In this document: piece after piece, positions 1-6,546 of the stretch
Layout of the letters: each line of letters opens with the position of its first letter
How positions within the stretch are numbered: position 1 is the first letter of the stretch
DNA from: an uncultured Pseudomonadota bacterium
GTDB taxonomy: Bacteria; SAR324; NAC60-12
Assembly (NCBI GenBank): GCA_913020725.1
Contig: CAJWCD010000115.1
Span: forward strand, 1-11,643
Length of the DNA stretch: 11,643 nt
Direction: 5' to 3'
Made by a program: the position numbers and the translations under genes
The notes under the pieces: model-generated
Told to the model about the DNA's origin: nothing
What the model saw: only the letters and a program-made list of their open reading frames with translations
Databases searched by the model: none

Positions 1-105
1 TGGGCTACGGCCACAAACCAGAAACAGCGAGGGGTCAAATGGCAGTTCACCATCGAAGACGCACGCACAAAATTGACTTCACTCTACCCTAATATTATTA
101 ATTGA
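1..105 (+). CDS. IS630-family transposase, C-terminal 34 aa (5' truncated by window edge)
   Basis: Frame +1 reads WATATNQKQRGVKWQFTIEDARTKLTSLYPNIIN*. This matches the recalled C-terminal motif W..RN......WQFT..DAR.KL..LYP of IS630 transposases. It is not in the ORF track because it lacks a start. Confidence 0.85.
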   Translation, partial: WATATNQKQRGVKWQFTIEDARTKLTSLYPNIIN

Positions 106-116
106 CAAAGCACTAG
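1..116 (+). mobile_element. Right end of an IS630-family insertion sequence
   Basis: The transposase stop (103-105) lies inside TTGACAAAGCACTAG (102-116), which ends in CTAG. IS630 elements insert at TA, often within CTAG, and their terminal IR typically abuts the stop. The left IR is outside the window. Confidence 0.8.
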
Positions 117-286
117 AAGGCGATACCGTCTTCTACATCGATGGACGAGATGGGATGTATCACATTAGTCAACAATTTGCTATCCCAGTGAGACTAGACC
201 CTGCAGGAGAGGATGAGTGGCAAGCAGAACTTGACTTCTACAACCGCACCTCTAACTGCGCGTCGTTTACATCTCAGAATCGCTAG
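113..286 (+). pseudogene. Possible 3' remnant of a gene interrupted by the IS630 element
   Basis: A stop-free frame of 57 codons is open from the CTAG target site onward: LEGDTVFYIDGRDGMYHISQQFAIPVRLDPAGEDEWQAELDFYNRTSNCASFTSQNR*. The composition is protein-like, but no family is recognised. Confidence 0.35.
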
Positions 287-401
287 CTGCGAACGCAACC
301 CCAAAGATGGGCAGTGCTACTGCTGGTAGTACCTGCCCGTTGTCTAGTGCCTTCTTCAGTCCAGCAAATCCACTCTCTACAATAATCTCCAACGCTCGCA
401 T
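267..401 (-). CDS. Small hypothetical protein or C-terminal gene remnant (44 aa from ATG 401; frame open to 518)
   Basis: MRALEIIVESGFAGLKKALDNGQVLPAVALPIFGVAFAASDSEM has an amphipathic then hydrophobic pattern, with GAGG a few nt upstream of the ATG. It overlaps the 113-286 frame tail-to-tail. Confidence 0.3.
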   Translation of the reverse strand: MRALEIIVESGFAGLKKALDNGQVLPAVALPIFGVAFAASDSEM

Positions 402-733
402 GTGATCGCCTCTCGGGCTGGTATTACATGCTGGCTTGGCACGCCGGTGAATTCCGTGGGGAGGACTCTCCTGTAACCCGAGTATCGGCCCAAGACCTAA
501 ACTCACGAGGCAGCGCACTCTGCAGACTTAAGGGTGCCCCCTGTCACTATTGTTCCGATCAGTATGAAATGGAGCTCTTGTAAAGGAAAAAGAGGGGGGT
601 GAAGATACTGGCTGGGAGAGGATTATTGGTTGCCCAGCCTCTGGGCTGAAATTTAGAGGTTTAACACCCAACCTTAGACGAGCGATAGGTACAATTTAGC
701 GAACTTATCTAAGGGCAAAAATTCGGCTTAAGT

Positions 734-753
734 GTTACCCATAGCGTTACCCA
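734..753. repeat. Tandem direct repeat GTTACCCA x2 (candidate tyrosine-integrase arm-type sites)
   Basis: GTTACCCA occurs at 734-741 and 746-753 (12-bp period). It lies about 70 bp beyond the tRNA 3' end, separated from it by an AT-rich tract. Confidence 0.55.
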
Positions 754-822
754 CGAGGTATTATTTTGTTTTTAGGATTTTACTGTAATTAAAGAAAACT
801 CTTTGAAAACAGGATATTAGGT

Positions 823-898
<76 letters not shown>

Positions 899-915
899 TT
901 CCGGAAGGAGTATTC

Positions 916-943
916 AGGTTACGAAATTCCCGGAAAATTTCAA
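916..943 (-). promoter_or_regulatory. Candidate sigma70 promoter for tRNA-Thr
   Basis: Minus strand TTGAAA-16 nt-TAACCT, ending 17 nt upstream of the tRNA 5' end. Confidence 0.4.
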
Positions 944-975
944 CTCAATCCTGCGGTCTTGCAAAAGCTCAGCGT

Positions 976-2061
976 TCACGCCGGCAGTGCTTCAGCAGGA
1001 CGGGCCGTGGATTTGCTGACGATGAGTTGGCCGCATGCGCCCTGCACGTCCTGCCCCTTCGAGATACGCAGGGTCGCAACCACCCCACGGCCAAGCAGAT
1101 GTTGCTGAAAAGCACGGACGTCCTCCCAGTCCGGACGCTGGTACTTGCTACCGGGGGCTTCGTTGTAGGGGATGAGGTTGACCTTGAACTTGAGGCCGTG
1201 GAGCAACCGGATAAGCCGCTTGGCGTCGTCAACCGAATCGGTCACACCCTTCATGAGGATGTACTCGAAGGTGATGCGCCTATGCGATTCAAGGGGGTAT
1301 GCCTTGCACGCCTCCACAAGCCGCTGGAGGTTGTAGGTGCGGTTGACCGGCATCAGTTGGGTGCGCACCTCGTCGGTCACACCGTTAAGCGAAACCGCGA
1401 GGTTGGCCTTGACGCGCTCCTGCCCGAATTTACGAATTTGCGGGAGCAGTCCGGAGGTGGAAACGGTGATACGCCGCTGCGAGAAATTGAAGCCATATTC
1501 GTCCGTGAAAATCTCCAGTGCCCGCATCACGTTGGCGTAGTTGTGAAACGGCTCGCCCATGCCCATGAAGACGATGTTGCGCAGGTTGCCGCCGTCCGGG
1601 AGGTCGCACCTTGCCGCCAGCACCTGCATGACAATCTCGCCCGGAGTGAGGTTGCGGACCAAACCCATCTTGGCGGTCTGGCAAAAATCACAGCCCATGG
1701 CACAACCCACCTGCGAGGAGACGCACACCGTGTGGTGATCCGCGTGTTCCATCAGCACCGACTCGATGCTGCGCCCATCCTCAAGTACAAAACGGTACTT
1801 AATGGAACCGTCCTTGGAATGGAGAGCTTCGACAGGCTCCAAGCGGCCAATCCGGAAATGCGCACCCAGCGCGAATTTTGCAGGTTTGCCAAGGTTGGCC
1901 ATCTCCCCGAACCCAGCCACCCGCCGCTGGTAAAGCCAGGTGTACACCTGATCCGCCCGGTAGGCTGGAAGGTCTTGCGAAACCATCCACTCACGCAACT
2001 CCTGACGAGTCACATCCTGAATCAGCGGTATCGGATTCGATGGAGAAATAGAGTCGGACAT
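976..2061 (-). CDS. rlmN: Dual-specificity 23S rRNA (A2503-C2)/tRNA methyltransferase RlmN, radical SAM
   Basis: 361 aa. Contains CVSSQVGCAMGCDFC (CxxxCxxC plus the upstream catalytic Cys), RNLTPGEIV, NIVFMGMGEP, ITVSTSG, ITFEYIL, VNLIPYN and the C-terminal GACGQL (methyl-carrier Cys). Confidence 0.97.
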   Translation of the reverse strand: MSDSISPSNPIPLIQDVTRQELREWMVSQDLPAYRADQVYTWLYQRRVAGFGEMANLGKPAKFALGAHFRIGRLEPVEALHSKDGSIKYRFVLEDGRSIESVLMEHADHHTVCVSSQVGCAMGCDFCQTAKMGLVRNLTPGEIVMQVLAARCDLPDGGNLRNIVFMGMGEPFHNYANVMRALEIFTDEYGFNFSQRRITVSTSGLLPQIRKFGQERVKANLAVSLNGVTDEVRTQLMPVNRTYNLQRLVEACKAYPLESHRRITFEYILMKGVTDSVDDAKRLIRLLHGLKFKVNLIPYNEAPGSKYQRPDWEDVRAFQQHLLGRGVVATLRISKGQDVQGACGQLIVSKSTARPAEALPA

Positions 2062-2090
2062 TGAGACTGGGGTTTATTTGGTGACTTTTG

Positions 2091-2119
2091 ATTCTACGGG
2101 AAAAACCCAACTCCCGCAA
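2091..2119 (-). promoter_or_regulatory. Candidate sigma70 promoter for rlmN
   Basis: Minus strand TTGCGG-17 nt-TAGAAT, 29 nt upstream of the ATG at 2061. Confidence 0.5.
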
Positions 2120-2240
2120 CTGCTTTCTAGCATCCCCAGAACCGAGCAACAGTCTCTGTCTACGAACAGGGGGTCTCCGCTTCAACAATGTGATTTAAGC
2201 GCACTACAGCGATTCGGTCACCAACTGGACGTCAATGATA

Positions 2241-2290
2241 TTGTCAATTCTTGTGAATTTGTGTATGGTTAGACTTTGCTAGTCTGACAA
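2241..2290 (+). promoter_or_regulatory. Candidate sigma70 promoter for the transporter operon, overlapped by two FadR/GntR-type operator boxes
   Basis: TTGTCA (2241-2246)-17 nt-TATGGT (2264-2269). TGGTTAGACTT (2266-2276) and TAGTCTGACAA (2280-2290) fit TNGTNNNACNA with 1 and 0 mismatches. Confidence 0.45.
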
Positions 2291-2360
2291 GGATTGGACT
2301 AGGTAATAATACGGCTGCATAGTCGCCATTTTTAGATTCAATAATCGTTTGGAGGTTATC

Positions 2361-3305
2361 ATGAAAGGAATCGTTGTCGCACTGTCTTTGGGGTTCACTC
2401 TGCTGATGGGAGGTTTGTCTTCTCCAGTTTGGGCGGATTCCAAGGATGCCATCAAGATCACACTCCATGACTGGACGGGGCAGTACGTCACCACCAAGAT
2501 CATGGGTGCAGTGCTCAAAAAGGGGGGCCACGCGGTGGAATATGTGCAGGCGGACTACATCGCCCAGTTTGCCGGTCTACAGTCGGGCGACCTGCACGTC
2601 GCCATGGAAATTTGGGAAACCACAGGGCGGGACGCGATGGATGCGGCCACTGCCACGGGCAAGGTCGAGAATCTTGGTGAAACCGGAATGAAAGCCATTG
2701 AGGAGTGGTGGTATCCCTCCTACATGGAGGAACGCTGCCCGGGGTTACCCAATTGGGAAGCCCTCAATGACTGCGCCGCAGTGTTCTCAATTCCAGAAAC
2801 CGCCCCTCATGGCCGCTATCTCGGTGGTCCCGTCACTTGGGGTGGTTATGACGACGAGCGTGTCGAAGCGCTGGAACTCGATTACGAAGTGGTCCATGCT
2901 GGCACCGACGCCGCGCTCTTCGCGGAACTAGAATCGGCCTACCAGCGCAAGGCACCTATCCTGCTTTGGGTCTATGCCCCACACTGGGCGGTTTCCAAGT
3001 ACAAGGGCAATTGGATCGACTTTCCCAAGTACACCGCCGAGTGCTACAACACTCCCTCATGGGGTAGCAACTCACACATGGCGTATGACTGTGGCAAACC
3101 CCGAGGACCGATTTGGAAGGTCGCCTGGTCCGGGGTGAAAGATAAGTGGCCCAGTGCCTACAAGGCCATCAAGAACTTCAACATCAACAACGATGAAATG
3201 GGCCAGATGATCGCTGAAATTGATCTTCAGAAAAAAAAGCTAGAGGACGTCGTCGCCGCGTGGATGCAGAAGAACCAATCCCGCTGGAGCCAGTGGCTCC
3301 AGTAA
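2361..3305 (+). CDS. ABC transporter substrate-binding protein, glycine betaine/proline (ProX/OpuAC) family, TmoX-like
   Basis: RBS GGAGG at 2351-2355 and a signal peptide (MKGIVVALSLG...VWA-D); 314 aa. Motifs EEWWYP, CPGLPNWEALNDCAAVF, GRYLGGPVTW, ERVEAL, YDCG and KVAWSGVKDKWP resemble TMAO-binding TmoX-type proteins as recalled. Confidence 0.9.
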   Translation: MKGIVVALSLGFTLLMGGLSSPVWADSKDAIKITLHDWTGQYVTTKIMGAVLKKGGHAVEYVQADYIAQFAGLQSGDLHVAMEIWETTGRDAMDAATATGKVENLGETGMKAIEEWWYPSYMEERCPGLPNWEALNDCAAVFSIPETAPHGRYLGGPVTWGGYDDERVEALELDYEVVHAGTDAALFAELESAYQRKAPILLWVYAPHWAVSKYKGNWIDFPKYTAECYNTPSWGSNSHMAYDCGKPRGPIWKVAWSGVKDKWPSAYKAIKNFNINNDEMGQMIAEIDLQKKKLEDVVAAWMQKNQSRWSQWLQ

Positions 3306-3383
3306 CGCGGTGCAGCCTCATGCCCTGTTCACGCTAGAAATGCGGCTGAGCCTTCCCCACTCTGCCCTCTCGATGCTCTAGGC

Positions 3384-3421
3384 CATTGCGGATACCATGC
3401 GCTCTTCGGGTATCCGCAATG
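3384..3421 (+). repeat. Perfect 13-bp inverted repeat between binding-protein and permease genes
   Basis: CATTGCGGATACC (3384-3396), a 12-nt loop, then GGTATCCGCAATG (3409-3421). There is no U-tract directly after it. Confidence 0.8.
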
Positions 3422-3497
3422 TGCTGTCCCTACCAGTCCCTGTTTTTTCTCCCCGGTTCATGATACTTTCCCAATTTTCACCCCGTTGGGAAAACAC

Positions 3498-5483
3498 ATG
3501 AACCGGTTCTTCCTGAGAAAATCCACACAAGGATGGTTGCTTCTCATCCTGTTGCTTGGGATCGTCCTCCTGTTCGATGCCGGACTCTTCCCCCAGTGGT
3601 CCCTCAAGTACCCCATGGCGTGGCGGATTCCTCTGCGCTACTGGATCACGGACCTGATGCACTGGCTGGTGAACGACACCCCTAGCCTCATCAACCTCAC
3701 CGGCATCACCTTCAAGGAAATCACCCGTTTTATTGCTGCCCTTCTCACCTACCCTCTCGATTTTTCCATTGATCTGCTTTCCACCGGATTCCGCTTTGAA
3801 CCGGGAGACGGACCTGCGGACATTCCCCGGCTCCCGTGGTTGACGGTTGCGGGGTGCAGCCTCTGGCTAGCCCACCGCATGGGTGGGAAGCACCTCACGC
3901 TACTGGTGGGTGCCTGTTTAGCGTACCTCATCGCCTTTGGCCAATGGACCAGTGCAATGATGACCCTCTCCTCCATTTTGATCGCAGTGCCGATTGGAGT
4001 GGTAGGTGGCGTGGCATTGGGGATTCTGGCCTTCCGGGTGCCCGGTTTAGAAAAACCGGTCACCACCCTGCTCGATTTGATGCAGACCGTGCCCGTTTTT
4101 GCCTACTTGGTTCCGGTGTTGTTCCTGTTCGGCTTTGGTCCCGTGGCGTCCATGATCGCCACCATCATCTATGCCATGCCGCCGATGGTACGCACCACCA
4201 TACTCGGCCTGCAACGGGTTCCGGAAGACATCGTGGAGTTTGGGAAAATGGCGGGTTGCACGTCAAGACAGCTACTCTGGAGGGTGATGATGCCTTCTGC
4301 CCAACAAACCCTGATGGTAGGTGTCAACCAAGTGATTATGCTCTCGCTCAACATGGTGATCATCGCCTCCATGATTGGAGCAGGCGGCCTGGGGTTTGAT
4401 GTCCTCTCCGCCCTGCGGAAGCTTGATATTGGTGCGGGATTGGAAGCTGGGTTAGCAATTGTCGTACTGGCAATTATCTTGGATCGTCTCAGTCAAAAAT
4501 ATGCCGAACTGCACGGGCATTACCAATACTCGGCCCATAAAACGACATGGGTTCAGCAGTACCGCCTGTTGTTCCTGATTGCCAGTGTCTCGCTGTTGCT
4601 GGGAGTGCTGTGGTCTCCCTTGCACACGTTTCCGGAGCCGTGGGAGGTGACCACCGCGCCATTTTGGGAGGCACTCGTGAAGTGGATTAACATCAATCTC
4701 TTTGACTACCTCGATGCTTTCAAAAACTTCATCCTGCTCAACGTGCTGATTCCCGTCAAACGCTTTTTGCTGAAAGCCCCATGGCCTGTGACGGTTGTCC
4801 TCGTCAGTTATGCCGGCTACCGTCTTGGCGGCTGGAAACTCGGAGTGGGGTTACTGGCTTTGGTGTTGTTTTTAGTCGTCAATGGTCTCTGGCCCAAGGC
4901 GATGGTCACAGTGTACCTTTGTGGGATGTCCGTGCTGTTTGCCGCATTGCTGGGTGTGCCTTTGGGGGTGTGGGCTGCCGAGAATGAACGGGTGCATCGA
5001 ATCTTGATGGTCGGGGTGGACACCCTACAAACTCTGCCCTCGTTTGTTTACCTCATGCCCGTGGTGATGCTCTTCAAGGTCGGAGATTTTTCAGCGATGA
5101 TCGCCGTGGTCGCCTACGCCATTGCCCCTGCAATTCGCTACACGGATTTGGGAATTCGCAAAATCCCCGCACCCCTGCTCGAAGCTGCGGTCATCTCCGG
5201 GTGCACACGCCATCAGCTCCGCTGGCAGGTCAAACTCCCCCTTGCCTTCCCAGAAATCATGCTGGGCATCAACCAAACGGTGGTGATGGCGTTGAGCATG
5301 CTAGTGATCACCGCCTTGGTCGGCACCCGGGAGTTGGGGCAGGAAACCTACATCGCCCTCACCAAAGCCGACACTGGACGTGGCTTGGTCGCTGGAGTGG
5401 CCATCGCTTGCATCGCAATGATCGTTGACCGGCTCATCAGTGTCTGGAGTCTGGAGCGCAAGCGACAACTGGGCCTAGCTTAA
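3498..5483 (+). CDS. Betaine/proline-family ABC permease with two fused ProW-like membrane domains
   Basis: 661 aa, hydrophobic. Two copies of the ProW core: LDLMQTVPVFAYLVP / VDTLQTLPSFVYLMP; EAA loops VPEDIVEFGKMAGCTSRQLLWRVMMP / IPAPLLEAAVISGCTRHQLRWQVKLP; GVNQVIMLSLNMVII / GINQTVVMALSMLVI. Confidence 0.92.
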   Translation: MNRFFLRKSTQGWLLLILLLGIVLLFDAGLFPQWSLKYPMAWRIPLRYWITDLMHWLVNDTPSLINLTGITFKEITRFIAALLTYPLDFSIDLLSTGFRFEPGDGPADIPRLPWLTVAGCSLWLAHRMGGKHLTLLVGACLAYLIAFGQWTSAMMTLSSILIAVPIGVVGGVALGILAFRVPGLEKPVTTLLDLMQTVPVFAYLVPVLFLFGFGPVASMIATIIYAMPPMVRTTILGLQRVPEDIVEFGKMAGCTSRQLLWRVMMPSAQQTLMVGVNQVIMLSLNMVIIASMIGAGGLGFDVLSALRKLDIGAGLEAGLAIVVLAIILDRLSQKYAELHGHYQYSAHKTTWVQQYRLLFLIASVSLLLGVLWSPLHTFPEPWEVTTAPFWEALVKWININLFDYLDAFKNFILLNVLIPVKRFLLKAPWPVTVVLVSYAGYRLGGWKLGVGLLALVLFLVVNGLWPKAMVTVYLCGMSVLFAALLGVPLGVWAAENERVHRILMVGVDTLQTLPSFVYLMPVVMLFKVGDFSAMIAVVAYAIAPAIRYTDLGIRKIPAPLLEAAVISGCTRHQLRWQVKLPLAFPEIMLGINQTVVMALSMLVITALVGTRELGQETYIALTKADTGRGLVAGVAIACIAMIVDRLISVWSLERKRQLGLA

Positions 5484-5538
5484 TCTGGAAACAGTTTGCG
5501 TGTATCGATCGCGGATCTTAACAAAGCCTAAGAACACC

Positions 5539-6423
5539 ATGATTGACGAAATTAGCCGACGTGTGGAAACGCTGTCGTACTGGCAGCAACCGATCCTGAG
5601 TGCCCCCCTAGAGGGCGGCATCACCAACCGCAACTTTCGGGTGAAGCACGGTGACGAAACTTTTTTCGTGCGTCTGGGTGAGGACATTCCGGTTCACGGA
5701 GTTTATCGCTTCAACGAACTCGCCGCCAGCCGCGCTGCCCATGCCGCCGGACTTTCTCCGGAAGTCGTCCACGCCGAACCCGGAGCGCTGGTGCTGCGTT
5801 TCATCGAAGGACAGACACTGAACGCGGCAGAAGTCCGGAATCCGAAACGGCTTCTCACGTTGGTTGATCTGTTGAAAACCTGCCACCATGAAATGCCCAA
5901 ACACCTGCCCGGCACCGCGTTGACCTTCTGGGTGTTTCAGGTGATCCGGGGCTACGCAAAAACGCTGCGCGAGGGTGAAAGCCGCATGGTTCCAGTCCTG
6001 CCACGCTTTCTCGAAATCAACTCTGCGTTGGAACACACGGTTGGTGCCATTGAACTGGTGTTCGGACACAACGACCTGCTCGCGGGTAACTTCATTGACG
6101 ATGGCAAGCGGCTTTGGTTGATCGACTGGGACTACGCTGGCTTCAACAGTCCGCTTTTTGACCTTGCCAACCTTACTTCCAACAACGAGTTTTCGGAAAA
6201 GCAGGAGCACACGCTGTTGGAGGAGTACTTCGAATCGCGTACTGACAAGGACTTGTGGCGGCGCTACCACGCCATGAAGTGCGCGTCCTTGCTGCGCGAG
6301 GCGATGTGGGGCATGGTTTCAGAAATCCACTCCGAACTGGATTTCGATTTCGTCAAGTACACCGCCGAGAACCTTGAACGCTTTGAAAAAGCCCACACCC
6401 ATTTTGTGGAAAATATTGCATGA
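5539..6423 (+). CDS. Choline/ethanolamine kinase-like phosphotransferase (APH/ChoK superfamily)
   Basis: 294 aa from ATG 5539. ATP loop LEGGITNRNF, Brenner motif HNDLLAGNF, and metal-binding motif LIDWDYAG followed by PLFDLAN. Confidence 0.9.
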   Translation: MIDEISRRVETLSYWQQPILSAPLEGGITNRNFRVKHGDETFFVRLGEDIPVHGVYRFNELAASRAAHAAGLSPEVVHAEPGALVLRFIEGQTLNAAEVRNPKRLLTLVDLLKTCHHEMPKHLPGTALTFWVFQVIRGYAKTLREGESRMVPVLPRFLEINSALEHTVGAIELVFGHNDLLAGNFIDDGKRLWLIDWDYAGFNSPLFDLANLTSNNEFSEKQEHTLLEEYFESRTDKDLWRRYHAMKCASLLREAMWGMVSEIHSELDFDFVKYTAENLERFEKAHTHFVENIA

Positions 6424-6441
6424 CCGCTTCAGCATGGAAAA

Positions 6442-6476
6442 TTCGTTCATCCTTCGACACGCACAGGACGAACGGG
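6442..6476. repeat. REP-like intergenic palindrome
   Basis: CGTTCATCCT (6444-6453)-TCGACACGCAC-AGGACGAACG (6465-6474), 9/10 paired. It resembles the dispersed CCCTTCGACAnGCTCAGGACGAACGG-type repeat family as recalled. Confidence 0.6.
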
Positions 6477-6546
6477 ACACATTGAAACCACTATTTTTTC
6501 TAAATCCGTGTCCATCAGCGGCAATAAACCTTTTTCCTCAATGATT

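Noticed and set aside
633..647. Small hairpin GCCCAG-CCT-CTGGGC
   Set aside because: A 6-bp stem with no associated gene end or U-tract; could be chance.
976..2061. Cfr-type resistance methyltransferase
   Set aside because: Motifs and the housekeeping context next to a tRNA fit ordinary RlmN. Nothing points to Cfr.
1027..2064. 345-aa plus-strand ORF
   Set aside because: Antisense shadow of rlmN with no recognisable motifs.
5608..6270. 220-aa minus-strand ORF
   Set aside because: Antisense to the kinase gene with no independent support.
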